This document shows, one piece after another, positions 27,967 through 37,711 of a stretch of DNA of 64,000 nucleotides. Numbering within the stretch: position 1 is the first letter of the stretch; every line of letters starts with the position of its first letter. Source of the DNA: Elusimicrobiota bacterium (GTDB lineage Bacteria; Elusimicrobiota; Elusimicrobia; Elusimicrobiales; UBA9959); the NCBI GenBank assembly GCA_029267355.1, contig JAJUJA010000004.1, positions 1,404 through 65,403 of the forward strand, in the 5' to 3' direction. The translations under genes were made by a program, and so were the position numbers. The notes under the pieces were generated by a model that saw only the letters and a list, made by a program, of their open reading frames with translations, was not told the DNA's origin and did no database searches.

Positions 27967-28066
27967 AATGCCTCCTTGATTTCTATAATTTTAGCAATTA
28001 TTTTGCGGATTTTTGACAAAAACTGCTGATTTTGAAGATTGAGGATTATTTAATAATATATATCTT

Positions 28067-28852
28067 ATGAGAGAATACGACATTGCTCTTTCCTGCCTGA
28101 GAAAAAGCGGCGAGATAATAAAAAAGCATTTTTTGAAAGTGGGCTATAAACTCAAGGGAAGAGCGAATCCTGTAACACTGGCCGATATAAAATCCCAGGA
28201 TTTGATAGTCAGAACCATAAAGAAAAACTTCCCTGACCATTCCATAATCGCAGAAGAAAGCGGCCTGACAAGAAACCATAAAGAAAAAGTCTGGATACTG
28301 GACCCGCTGGACGGCACAGTAAACTATGCGCACGGCTATCCGCATTGCGCCGTATCTCTGGCATATGTGTCAAATAATATGCCTATTATCGGCTTTATTT
28401 ACAATCCGATACAAGAAGAGCTTTTTTATGCCGTAAAAGGCAGAGGCGCCTTTTTAAACTCAAAGAGAATAAAAGTGTCATCAAACAAATCTCTGACTAA
28501 CTCTCTTCTGGCCACAGGTTTTGCCTATGACAGAGCGCAAAAAGCCGAATTTTACTGCTCCTTCTACGCAGATTTTATGAAGATTTCCCATGATATAAGG
28601 CGGGCGGGAGCTGCCTCTCTTGATATGGCATGGACAGCCTGCGGCAGGCTGGACGGATATTGGGAATTTAATCTCAAGCCCTGGGATGTAGCGGCCGGCA
28701 TATTAATAGCCTGTGAAGCCGGCGGAAAAGTAACCGACTTTAAAGGAATTGATACAGTCAATTTGCCTGTTTTGCAGTGGGGCAAACAAACTCTCTGCTC
28801 CAACAAGCACATACATAAAGAGATGCTTTCTCTGATAAAAAGGAAAATATGA
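28067..28852 (+). CDS. suhB: Inositol monophosphatase family protein
   Basis: WILDPLDGTVNY, AEES.. and WDVAAG motifs. Confidence 0.85.
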   Translation: MREYDIALSCLRKSGEIIKKHFLKVGYKLKGRANPVTLADIKSQDLIVRTIKKNFPDHSIIAEESGLTRNHKEKVWILDPLDGTVNYAHGYPHCAVSLAYVSNNMPIIGFIYNPIQEELFYAVKGRGAFLNSKRIKVSSNKSLTNSLLATGFAYDRAQKAEFYCSFYADFMKISHDIRRAGAASLDMAWTACGRLDGYWEFNLKPWDVAAGILIACEAGGKVTDFKGIDTVNLPVLQWGKQTLCSNKHIHKEMLSLIKRKI

Positions 28853-30234
28853 AAAAAGAAAATATAATCTTATGGCTGCTGGCGGCGCTTACTCCTGTTT
28901 CTTTGATATACTATTTCTCCCCTAATTCAAACCATTACCTTGCTTGGACTGCTTTCGTCCCGCTGTGGTACGCCGTCTTAAGGCTCCCCTCAATGCTTTC
29001 CGCTTTTTCGGCCGCCTTTGTATGCTTCTACGCCGCATATTTTTTCTCTCTTGACTGGATGAGAGGCCTCTTCGGCTGGCAAGCCTGGTTTTTTTACGCC
29101 ATATTTTCATTTTGGCCGATTTTACACGCTCTGGTTCTAAGAAAGTTATGGGAAAAGGCGGTAAAATCATTTCAAATATGGCTTATGGCTTTCTCTCTTT
29201 CGGCTTTATATGCAGGCCTGGAATATTTCAGGTCAGAACTATGGCCCTTGAACTGCCCGTGGCTGGGGCTGGGTTATGCTCAATTTCCAAACCCTCACAT
29301 CTATCAAAGTTTAAGCATTTGGGGCGTATTCGGACTGACATTTTTCGTAATATTCTTCAACATATCAATACTGATAGCAATATTAAAAAGGCATTTTTCA
29401 ACTGCTGCTTTTTCAATACTTATCATGCTGTCTCTATTCTTGTACGGACATAAACGCCTTGAGATAAATCCGCAAGGCGCCCCCGTCAAAGCTCTTCTTG
29501 TACAGGATGAAACTTATTCTCTTGAAAAACTTTTGTCAATGTCAAAAACAAGAAAAGATGAAGAATTGATAATCTGGCCGGAAAACTCCTTTTATCTCAA
29601 AAGCGGCGAAAAGACTGAGGACAAATTAAGGCAAATACAATCTGCCTTCAAAAACAGAAATTTTTATGCACTGATCCCTATAGGGGTCAAAGAGAAGGAA
29701 AACGGCAGGATTAAAAGAGAAAATTATGCCGTATTCTTTGATCTCAAAACGGGCGGAAAACAAATCTATGAGAAAATGCATCCTGTGCCCTTTGTTGAAA
29801 CAGGCCTAAAAAAAGGGCCCTGTCCTTCGCCTTTAGATTTTAAAGGCAGGAAAATAGGAGTACAAATCTGCTATGACCTGAATTTTGAAAACGGCTCGCG
29901 AATCCTGGCCGGCAAAGGCGCCGAAATTATCCTTGCGCCGACAAACGACCCGATAGAATGGACTGCTAAACAGCAAAGACAGCATGCGGATATGTCAGCC
30001 GCAAGGGCTGTTGAAAACGGGCTATGGATACTGCGTCCGGCGACCTCGGGCATTTCGCAAGTAATAGATGACAGAGGCAGGATAATACGGGAGACTGCCT
30101 CCGGGGAAAGCCTTGCCTTGAGCGGGCAGGCTGAAATGAAAACTTCAGACGCTTTTTATACAAAATACGGCTGGATAATTCCCAAACTTTTTCTGCTTGT
30201 CTCCGCGCTGACTTTAATTGCTGTTTTCATCTGA
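28849..30234 (+). CDS. lnt: Apolipoprotein N-acyltransferase
   Basis: N-terminal polytopic region plus a CN-hydrolase domain with E (IIWPENS), K (YEKMHPVPF) and C (VQICYD). ATGA overlap with suhB. Confidence 0.85.
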   Translation: MKKENIILWLLAALTPVSLIYYFSPNSNHYLAWTAFVPLWYAVLRLPSMLSAFSAAFVCFYAAYFFSLDWMRGLFGWQAWFFYAIFSFWPILHALVLRKLWEKAVKSFQIWLMAFSLSALYAGLEYFRSELWPLNCPWLGLGYAQFPNPHIYQSLSIWGVFGLTFFVIFFNISILIAILKRHFSTAAFSILIMLSLFLYGHKRLEINPQGAPVKALLVQDETYSLEKLLSMSKTRKDEELIIWPENSFYLKSGEKTEDKLRQIQSAFKNRNFYALIPIGVKEKENGRIKRENYAVFFDLKTGGKQIYEKMHPVPFVETGLKKGPCPSPLDFKGRKIGVQICYDLNFENGSRILAGKGAEIILAPTNDPIEWTAKQQRQHADMSAARAVENGLWILRPATSGISQVIDDRGRIIRETASGESLALSGQAEMKTSDAFYTKYGWIIPKLFLLVSALTLIAVFI

Positions 30235-30302
30235 TTGCACTCAGAGCTTTGCAATAATTTTGCAAGGCCTTTTGTGCTATGATATAGTAAATGGAGAAAA
30301 TT

Positions 30303-31211
30303 ATGAAAAGAATTGCCGCTATCGCCCTCGTTCTTTTAGCCGCCTGCGATATGAAGCCGCGCAGCAACGATAACAATTCAAATTCGGCCAGACAGAAAAG
30401 TCAGGCCGGCTATCATTTTTCAACAGCTTCAAGCTATCTTAAGAACAATCAGTATGAAAAAGCCGTTCAATATTTCACAAAAGCGCTGGAGCTTGATCCT
30501 GAAAAAAGGGAAATTTACCCTCAGAGGGCTATGGCATACTTCTATATGGGCGAATACGCCAAGGCCGGCATGGATGTGGAAAAAGCTATGCAGGATTCTC
30601 CTGAATCTGCGCCTCTATATTCATTAAGAGCCAAAATTTTTATGAATATGGGCAATTACGGCGGCGCCAAACAGGATTTGGCAAAGGCGCTGAAGCTTAA
30701 TCCCAATGATGACAGCGCCCATACCGCAGTCGGCGAACTTTTTCTAAGGGACAGGCAATATGAAAAAGCGCTGCAGGCTTTGGAAAAAGCTTTAAAAATA
30801 AATCCGACGGATTACAGCGCCAATCTGGCCGCTGCCAAGGCCTATTATGCCATGCTTGACTATGACAATGCCGTGAAATATTTTGAAAAAGCCGCTGAAT
30901 TCAATCCCAAAAATCCTGAACCGCACACTTATTTGGGTTATTGCGAGTTTGAAAGGTCTAATTACTCTTCAGCAACAGAAAAATTCAAAAAATCCATCTC
31001 TCTGGCCAAAAACTTCAATGCCCATCTCGGGCTGGCAGCCTCATATTTTATGTCGGGAGAAGAGCAAAAGGCCAGAATTGAGCTTAATCAGGCCAAAGCT
31101 CTTGAGCCGGCTCTCTCCGTCAAGGGAAAAGAACTCTCTGAATTGCAAAAGAAGGGCTATGTTTACACGGATATACAGAAAGAAACCATAGCCGAACTCC
31201 TGAAACTTTAA
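30303..31211 (+). CDS. TPR-repeat lipoprotein
   Basis: MKRIAAIALVLLAAC contains a lipobox, followed by about 7 TPR-like repeats (..Y..A...F.KALELDP..). The start is trimmed to ATG 30303 after GGAGAA. Confidence 0.75.
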   Translation: MKRIAAIALVLLAACDMKPRSNDNNSNSARQKSQAGYHFSTASSYLKNNQYEKAVQYFTKALELDPEKREIYPQRAMAYFYMGEYAKAGMDVEKAMQDSPESAPLYSLRAKIFMNMGNYGGAKQDLAKALKLNPNDDSAHTAVGELFLRDRQYEKALQALEKALKINPTDYSANLAAAKAYYAMLDYDNAVKYFEKAAEFNPKNPEPHTYLGYCEFERSNYSSATEKFKKSISLAKNFNAHLGLAASYFMSGEEQKARIELNQAKALEPALSVKGKELSELQKKGYVYTDIQKETIAELLKL

Positions 31212-31364
31212 AAAAGCCGGACTATTCCCGGTTAAACGGCTTTCCCCTTAGGTCCTATTTTCTTATAGGCTGAAAAAAATAATTATAAATACCTTTTGAA
31301 CCTTATATATCCCTTCCGGATTGACTAAAATTTAATCATGCAAGATAAAATGAACGGAGGATTA

Positions 31365-32789
31365 ATGAAAAAAGCGCTGGTTATAGCTGCAGTTTTACTC
31401 TCCTGCTTTTCACAAATTAAAGCGAGCGAATTCAATCTTGAGTCTATGAATGCCAAAGACATTATGGCCGCAGATTCTCAAACAAAAGGCATCTTTGATT
31501 TCATAAAACCGGGCAAGGAAGAGCCTATGCCTGTAAAGGAATGGACGGTCATAGTCTTTATGAACGCCAAAAATGACCTTTCCGAAAGCTCTTTGTTCGG
31601 GCTTGTCGGCAAATGGGCCGAAAAGGATATAGATGAAATGAAAAAAGTCGGCACCACGGATAAAGTCAATGTGGTAGTTGAGCACGGCTCAAAAGGCAAA
31701 GGCGCAAAAAGAATGCTTATTCTTAAAAAATCTTCAGGCCTTGGCGGTTTTTTCGCCTCGGGAGAGAAGGTTTATCTCCAGGATCCGAAAGCCGATATGG
31801 GCGATTATAAAAGAGTAATAGATTTCGTCAAATGGTCAAAACAGAATTTCCCCGCCAAGAAATATATGCTTATAATATGGAATCACGGCCTCGGCTGGAT
31901 AGACCCCAATATGCAGGAACATACAGCCGGCACAGGCACTTCCGACAAAGGCATAGCTTTTGACGATGAAACCAAAAATTACATAAGAACAAAACAGCTC
32001 GGGGAAATACTTAAGGCCTCAGGATATATAGATGTATTTGCCATGAACGCCTGCCTTATGCAGATGGCTGAAGTCGCCTACGAAATGAAAGGATATACCG
32101 GCCTTATAGTCGGCTCCGAAGAAACAATGCTGGCTCAGGGCTTTGATTATGAAAAACTTCTTAATTTCATTAACGGCAATCCGAATTTCTCAAAAAAACA
32201 GATAAGCGACTTTTTCATGAACTGGTATAAACAGTTTTATGCACAGGGAATGAGCGTTGGACCTCTTACAATGCCTTTAGACAATATCGCCTCAACGCTT
32301 TCAACCATAGAGCCTGCGGCTCTGGCCGAATTGCCGCAATATCTCAATTATTTCGCCGATCAGGTTATGAAAAACGATGAGAAAGAAGCCGTCAAAGCGG
32401 CTATCCCTGCCGTAATAAGATTTACAAGCATAGCTGACCCGGCCAAAGACAAAAAGAAGCTTATAGCTCCCTATGTAGATCTTTACGATTTCGCCAGGAT
32501 AGTCGGCGAAAACGCTTCCAATGCCAACACCAGACAAGCCGCCGAGTATCTGATGGGCTTCGTAAAAAACAAGCTTGTCATATCCTCAGTGGGCATAAAC
32601 AGGGATGCTGAAAACAATTATGACTATACTAAGGTCGGCGGCGTTGCCATAAATATGACAATGAAAATAAAGGAAGTTCCGCCTCAGCTGGCCCTGATAT
32701 ATGAAACAAAGTATCAGGACTTAACTCTCTCTAAAGACTCAATGTGGGACGAGTTCATAACCTGGACCGATTCAGTCTGGTCTAAATAA
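31365..32789 (+). CDS. Secreted clostripain-family (C11, clan CD) cysteine peptidase
   Basis: Signal peptide MKKALVIAAVLLSCFSQIKA. His motif IWNHGLGW and Cys motif FAMNACLMQ. The start is trimmed to ATG 31365 after GGAGG. Confidence 0.8.
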   Translation: MKKALVIAAVLLSCFSQIKASEFNLESMNAKDIMAADSQTKGIFDFIKPGKEEPMPVKEWTVIVFMNAKNDLSESSLFGLVGKWAEKDIDEMKKVGTTDKVNVVVEHGSKGKGAKRMLILKKSSGLGGFFASGEKVYLQDPKADMGDYKRVIDFVKWSKQNFPAKKYMLIIWNHGLGWIDPNMQEHTAGTGTSDKGIAFDDETKNYIRTKQLGEILKASGYIDVFAMNACLMQMAEVAYEMKGYTGLIVGSEETMLAQGFDYEKLLNFINGNPNFSKKQISDFFMNWYKQFYAQGMSVGPLTMPLDNIASTLSTIEPAALAELPQYLNYFADQVMKNDEKEAVKAAIPAVIRFTSIADPAKDKKKLIAPYVDLYDFARIVGENASNANTRQAAEYLMGFVKNKLVISSVGINRDAENNYDYTKVGGVAINMTMKIKEVPPQLALIYETKYQDLTLSKDSMWDEFITWTDSVWSK

Positions 32790-32805
32790 GATACCCTCAC
32801 CTCAA

Positions 32806-32838
32806 GAAAAAGCCCCGGCTAAAACCGGGGCTTTTTCA
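32806..32838. terminator. Bidirectional rho-independent terminator between convergent genes
   Basis: gaaaaAGCCCCGGctaaaaCCGGGGCTttttc: an 8-bp GC-rich stem flanked by an A-run and a T-run. Confidence 0.85.
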
Positions 32839-32862
32839 TTTTAATATCAGCGCTAATCAGTT

Positions 32863-33606
32863 TTATTTCGGCTGAACCGCTTCATCTTTAGGCAAAGATT
32901 TGAAGCAGAAAAACCAGTCATGGCATTTGACAGCCGGGTCTTTCTTCTCAACTCTTTCTTTGGCTACTCCGCATGAAGAAGGCGGAGGCACTATAACATC
33001 GTCTCCTGGTCTCCAGTCAGCCGGCGTGGCGACATTATATTTGTCTGATGTCTGCATGGCCACAAGCAGCCTCTTCATCTCGTCAAAATTCCTGCCGTTT
33101 GAAAGAGGATAATATATAAGAGCGCGGATTTTGGCTGAAGGGTCTATGAAAAACACGGCTCTTACGGCTTTGGTATCAGATGCCGATTCCTGTATCATTC
33201 CGTACTTTTTTGCCACGTCCATTTTAAGGTCCGCTATTATAGGGAATTTTATTTCAACATTTTTCATTCCCTTGTATTCGGCCTTTTCTTTTATGGTTCT
33301 GGCCCAGGCTATATGGCTGTACACGCTGTCTATTGACAAACCTATCAGTTCTGCGTTCAAGGCCTTGAATTCATCCTGCATTTTCGCGAAAGTCATAAAT
33401 TCAGTGGTGCATACAGGCGTAAAATCCGCCGGATGGCTGAATAAAATGACCCATTTGCCTTTATAATCGGCCGGGAAGTTTATTTTTCCCATTGTCGTTT
33501 CCGCCGTGAAAGACGGAGCGTCTTCTCCTATAAGCGGCACATTGCCGCCGGCAAAAGACGAGGCAGACATCAAAGTAATAAACGCTATTGCTATTACTTT
33601 CTTCAT
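32863..33606 (-). CDS. Exported Prx6-type (1-Cys/archaeal-type) peroxiredoxin
   Basis: Signal peptide MKKVIAIAFITLMSASSFA. Peroxidatic motif FTPVCTTE and C-terminal CHDWFFC motif, as in Aeropyrum-type Prx. Confidence 0.85.
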   Translation of the reverse strand: MKKVIAIAFITLMSASSFAGGNVPLIGEDAPSFTAETTMGKINFPADYKGKWVILFSHPADFTPVCTTEFMTFAKMQDEFKALNAELIGLSIDSVYSHIAWARTIKEKAEYKGMKNVEIKFPIIADLKMDVAKKYGMIQESASDTKAVRAVFFIDPSAKIRALIYYPLSNGRNFDEMKRLLVAMQTSDKYNVATPADWRPGDDVIVPPPSSCGVAKERVEKKDPAVKCHDWFFCFKSLPKDEAVQPK

Positions 33607-33754
33607 TTTTCCTCCTTTACACCATATTTAGATGCTGTTTCAGGCCAAAAGTTTCAAAATAGCCCGGCATAGGCCCAAGGTCCCATAGACAGATTACTCA
33701 AAAAGCACTTAATTTGTCAAGGATAAGGATATAAGATGTAAGCAAGGAGGCCTT

Positions 33755-34438
33755 ATGAAAAAACTTATCGCAGCAATTATCTTAAGCGCCGCCTTTTCAA
33801 CGGTTTCAGCCCAGTTTGAAAGCGTATCTTTGGAAAGAATAAGAGAAACAGAAATTCCAGTCTCGTCCGAAACAGGTTTTGAAGCCGACAAGGATTTTAA
33901 TTCTTTCTTTTATGTTGACAGAAAAGGAGAAATTCCGGCAAAAGCGCTAGAAAAAGCTTTGGATTTTTACAAAAACAATCAGCAGAGGATATCAAATAAA
34001 AGATTTATAGCCATAGCCGATTTCACTCAGCATTCTTCAAACAAGAGACTGTATATCGTGAATATGGAAAACGGGCAGGTGAAAAAATACCTTGCAGCTC
34101 ACGGCAAAGGTTCAGACGCTAATCATGACGGCTATGCCGGCAGATTTTCCAATGAGCCCAACAGCAATGCCACATCGCTTGGATTTTATTTAACAGCAGA
34201 AACCTATCAGGGCAAGCACGGCTATTCTTTAAGGCTGGACGGGCTTGAAAATTCAAATTCCAATGCTAGAGACAGGGACATAGTTTTTCACGGCGCAGAC
34301 TATGTGGTAAATAATGGCGGGAAGATTGGAAGAAGTCTCGGCTGCCCGGCCGTTGAAAACGCCCTGGCGAGAGAAGTCATAGATATGATAAAGGGCGGCG
34401 CTTTATATCTGGCCTGGCATGAAAATTTCTCTAAATAA
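33755..34438 (+). CDS. Secreted L,D-transpeptidase catalytic-domain family protein (YkuD_2-like)
   Basis: Signal peptide. VFHGADYV..GRSLGCPAV catalytic His/Cys pattern. AGGAGG SD. Confidence 0.75.
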   Translation: MKKLIAAIILSAAFSTVSAQFESVSLERIRETEIPVSSETGFEADKDFNSFFYVDRKGEIPAKALEKALDFYKNNQQRISNKRFIAIADFTQHSSNKRLYIVNMENGQVKKYLAAHGKGSDANHDGYAGRFSNEPNSNATSLGFYLTAETYQGKHGYSLRLDGLENSNSNARDRDIVFHGADYVVNNGGKIGRSLGCPAVENALAREVIDMIKGGALYLAWHENFSK

Positions 34439-34470
34439 AATAATCCTGTTTTTATTTATATAATCTCCTT

Positions 34471-35262
34471 ATGGCAGACAATGATTTTGTCTTTGCCGCG
34501 CAGGAAAAACTGCCGCCGGCAAAAATAATGGCGCAGGCATTAGCTCAAAGTCAGGGCATGATATTCTATGAAGCAATGGCCATAGTTGTAAAAAATTACG
34601 GTTTTCTCGGCTTCAATCTCTCTAAAGAAAAGTCCAAAGCTCTTATTGGTGCCTGCCTGGCCTGCGATATAAAGGCCGTCTCAATGCCTTCTGAAAGTAT
34701 GCCGAAGCTGGCCCCGGCCTTGGAAATAAAAAAAGCCGATTTTTCAGGGCAATATCTGATTTATGAAAATCAGGGCCTTCAATTGAAGGCGGAACTAGAA
34801 AAATTAAAAGTAATCGCCTATGCTCCAATTTCCAGAGAAACAATCAAGGTCATAAAGGAAAAGCAGGGGCCGGGAGCCGGCGAAAAGGCCATGCGTCTTG
34901 GCATAATGATGGCCACAGGACTGCCTCTGGGACTGGGCAAAAGCAAGGAAGTTTCAAGGGAAATACATCAAAGCGAAACCTTGCTTTATCTGGATATGAT
35001 ATTTGACGAAGAGCTTAGACTGAGAATAAATTCGGATAATTTTGATTTTTCCTGCCTTAAAGAACAGAAGGGCTACTCATCGCATACAAACTTTAAGAAT
35101 CTCTGCCTTAAACTGGCTGAAACTTCACCAAAAGCGTGGAAAAACAGCGCCCTTTTTGATCTACTTGATGGCGCCATGGCGCCGTCCTTCAAATATGAAA
35201 CGCTTTCAGACCTTGAGAAAGAGGAAAAAAGGCTGATTCTGGCTCAGATGAAAAACTTCTGA
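34471..35262 (+). CDS. Hypothetical cytoplasmic protein
   Basis: 263-aa ORF with no recognisable motif and no obvious SD. It contains one Gly-rich hydrophobic patch (MRLGIMMATGLPLGLG). Confidence 0.5.
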   Translation: MADNDFVFAAQEKLPPAKIMAQALAQSQGMIFYEAMAIVVKNYGFLGFNLSKEKSKALIGACLACDIKAVSMPSESMPKLAPALEIKKADFSGQYLIYENQGLQLKAELEKLKVIAYAPISRETIKVIKEKQGPGAGEKAMRLGIMMATGLPLGLGKSKEVSREIHQSETLLYLDMIFDEELRLRINSDNFDFSCLKEQKGYSSHTNFKNLCLKLAETSPKAWKNSALFDLLDGAMAPSFKYETLSDLEKEEKRLILAQMKNF

Positions 35263-35386
35263 AAACGGCCAAAATCCTTATCAAAAATGCATATAGGCCC
35301 TTTGTCCTCTATTTTAGCAGGCCGCATCAACCCTTGACATGTCAAGCATATTGATACATACTATTCTTGTGCCCTTTGGAGGCCTT

Positions 35387-36211
35387 ATGAAAAACGCAAT
35401 TATCTCCCTCATATTATGGCTCGCAGTCCAGCCTTTATTTTCTCAGGATTTCGGTTCTTTTTCCATTCCCGACAACCTCAATCTCCCCGCTCCTGTTATG
35501 GACATAGACAAGAACGCGCCTAAAGCGGCTGAAATTCCCTGCTATATGTCAAAGTCCGGCTGTTCAACGGTAAGCGGCTTTTACATCATAAAGAAATGGG
35601 TTCTAAAATACGGGGGCGACTGCCCTGAAATAACTTCAGGCAGAGGCATACTTGAGGCCTGTAAGGATATTAAGGCCAATTACCCCGGCTCGCATCCAAC
35701 CTCTGAAAGAGACGCAGTTTGCGATGCGGTGCACGATAAATTGCAGCCGAACTGGATGCATACAAGGGCTTCCATAGAAATGAGCCGTTCCATATGCAAA
35801 TCCCAAAAAAGCTTCGGCTGGTTTGAAGACAGAATAGAAATAGAGTTTGAAAAATCCGGAAGGATTTCCTCCGACGGAGAGATAGTCAGGGTAACGGCAA
35901 AGAAAGAAGCCGGCAACGGCGATTATAAATCATACAAAGGCTCGGCGCAAAATATCTTCAATATGGATATAGAAGTGACATGCTCCAGAAACGGCAATGA
36001 ATGGAAAAATGACACTCTTTCCATAAGGATAGATAAGCCTTATGCATCCTCTCAAAGCGGCAGCTTCAGCTTCTCCGTCGGGCCTTCAGTGGCGAAATTT
36101 TCAGGCGGCTATACTCAGGGGGTAACACATACCTATCCATACGGCGTATGGCAGAAGCTTAACATAAAAGGCGTATTCTGCGGCAGCGACATAGATCAGA
36201 AAGATAAATAA
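35387..36211 (+). CDS. Hypothetical secreted Cys-containing protein
   Basis: The start is trimmed to ATG 35387 (GGAGG SD). Signal peptide MKNAIISLILWLAVQPLFSQ. 10 Cys residues in the mature part; no recognisable family. Confidence 0.6.
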   Translation: MKNAIISLILWLAVQPLFSQDFGSFSIPDNLNLPAPVMDIDKNAPKAAEIPCYMSKSGCSTVSGFYIIKKWVLKYGGDCPEITSGRGILEACKDIKANYPGSHPTSERDAVCDAVHDKLQPNWMHTRASIEMSRSICKSQKSFGWFEDRIEIEFEKSGRISSDGEIVRVTAKKEAGNGDYKSYKGSAQNIFNMDIEVTCSRNGNEWKNDTLSIRIDKPYASSQSGSFSFSVGPSVAKFSGGYTQGVTHTYPYGVWQKLNIKGVFCGSDIDQKDK

Positions 36212-36225
36212 ACCATAAAGACCTT

Positions 36226-36256
36226 AAAAAGCGGCGTTTACAGCGCCGCTTTTTTA
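36226..36256 (+). terminator. Rho-independent terminator
   Basis: aaaaAGCGGCGtttacagCGCCGCTttttttatttt. Confidence 0.85.
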
Positions 36257-36276
36257 TTTTCCGGCATAAAAAAAAC

Positions 36277-36310
36277 GCGACAGGACGCTGTCGCAGTAAT
36301 CTGTTATAAT
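36277..36310 (+). promoter_or_regulatory. Candidate rmuC-operon promoter with an operator: inverted repeat GCGACAG-gacg-CTGTCGC over the -35 position, plus an extended -10 TGTTATAAT
   Basis: Read directly. The palindrome is at 36277-36294, TGnTATAAT at 36302-36310, and the GGAGG SD and ATG at 36329 follow. Confidence 0.55.
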
Positions 36311-36328
36311 TTATATGACGGAGGACCT

Positions 36329-37663
36329 ATGAACGCTTTTATAATTTCTATTTCCATACTCAATCTTATACTTATCATATACCTTTTATTCCGCCTTAAA
36401 TCAGCCGGCAATCAGGACTATGAAAAGGCGCTTAATGAGACTTCGGAAAAACTGGCCGAGAAACAGGCCGCGGAATTCTCCAGAAACCGCGCCGAGTATA
36501 TGGCTGCAGCAAAAGAGCTCAGGCAGGAGCTTACCGGCACTTTGACCAAGCTTGCCGAGGCCAATTCTCTGTCTCAGAAAAATCAGCTGGACAGTTTCGC
36601 TTTGACGCTTAAAAATATTTCAGAAACGCAGCTTAAAAACCTTGAAAATCTCAATGAATCGCTCAAGAAGCTCAAAGACGCCACAGCCGAAACACTAAAA
36701 AACGAAATAAGATTTCTTCAGGAAAAGAACGAAAAAAAGCTGGAGGAAATGCGCCAGACCGTGGACGAGAAACTGCAAAGCACTCTTGAAAAGCGGCTTG
36801 GCGAATCATTCAAGGCCGTAAGCCAGCAGCTTGAAAACGTTTATAAAGGGCTTGGCGAAATGCAAAATCTTGCCGCCGATGTCGGCGATTTGAAAAGAGT
36901 TCTCACCAATGTAAAATCAAGGGGAATTTTCGGCGAGATGCAGCTTAAAAATATACTTGAGGACATTCTGACCCGCGATCAATTCGAAGAAAATGCCAAA
37001 ATAGGCAGGGGAGCAGTGGAATTTGCGATAAAAATTCCGTCCAAAGACGAAGGCAATAAACATATACTTCTGCCCATAGACTCAAAATTTCCAAGAGAGG
37101 ATTATGAAAAGATACTTGACGCCCAGCAAAAGGCCGACCCTGCCGCTCTTGATAAGGCGGTAAAAGCTCTTTGCGAAAGGATAAAGGGAGAGGCGAAGGA
37201 CATAAAGGACAAATATATAAATCCGCCTCAAACTACGGACTTTGCGCTTATGTTTCTGCCTGTGGAAGGCCTTTTTGCCGAAGTGCTCAGAATACCCGGC
37301 TTCTTTGAAGATATAAGGAAGAATTACAATATTGTTATAACCGGTCCCACCACATTGACGGCTATAGTCAACAGCTTGCAGATGGGCTTCAGGACCCTGG
37401 CCATAGAAAAGCACTCTCACAAGGTATGGAAAATACTCGGCGCGGCAAAAAAGGAATTTCAAAATTTTGAAGACATACTTGCCAAAACCAGAAAAAAACT
37501 GGAAGAAGCGGCTGACAATATAGATAAAGCCCAGAAAAAGACTCAAACCATAGGCAAAAAGCTCAAAGAAGTGGAAACTGTTCCATCTTTTGAAAGTGAA
37601 AATCTGCTGGGGCTGGAAAGCTCTCAGGATGATGCGCCTTCAGAAGAAGCCAAGGACTTTTAG
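36329..37663 (+). CDS. rmuC: DNA recombination protein RmuC
   Basis: N-terminal TM, a long coiled coil and an RmuC-type nuclease-like C-terminal domain (..FALMFLPVEGLFAEVL.., ..IVITGPTTLTAIVNSLQMGF..). Confidence 0.85.
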   Translation: MNAFIISISILNLILIIYLLFRLKSAGNQDYEKALNETSEKLAEKQAAEFSRNRAEYMAAAKELRQELTGTLTKLAEANSLSQKNQLDSFALTLKNISETQLKNLENLNESLKKLKDATAETLKNEIRFLQEKNEKKLEEMRQTVDEKLQSTLEKRLGESFKAVSQQLENVYKGLGEMQNLAADVGDLKRVLTNVKSRGIFGEMQLKNILEDILTRDQFEENAKIGRGAVEFAIKIPSKDEGNKHILLPIDSKFPREDYEKILDAQQKADPAALDKAVKALCERIKGEAKDIKDKYINPPQTTDFALMFLPVEGLFAEVLRIPGFFEDIRKNYNIVITGPTTLTAIVNSLQMGFRTLAIEKHSHKVWKILGAAKKEFQNFEDILAKTRKKLEEAADNIDKAQKKTQTIGKKLKEVETVPSFESENLLGLESSQDDAPSEEAKDF

Positions 37664-37711
37664 TTTTCTTCTGAGTATTATACCTTAAGTCAGCGCTGCG
37701 CATTTTATTTT

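Noticed and set aside
30260-30288. TTGCAA-N17-TATAGT sigma-70-like promoter upstream of the TPR lipoprotein gene
   Set aside because: The hexamers are good. However, the predicted transcription start would fall on or past the GGAGAA Shine-Dalgarno of the ATG at 30303. The assignment is therefore doubtful without 5'-end data.
31321-31351. TTGACT ... ATAAAA/TAAAAT promoter-like hexamers upstream of the C11 peptidase gene
   Set aside because: Spacing is ambiguous (17-19 nt) and the region is AT-rich. It is plausible but not distinguishable from chance by eye.
34471-35262. Possibility that the 263-aa orphan is a bacterial gasdermin, paired with the clan-CD (C11) protease nearby
   Set aside because: The protease is secreted and separated by two unrelated genes on mixed strands. 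The orphan has no N-terminal Cys or gasdermin-like features that I can recognise.
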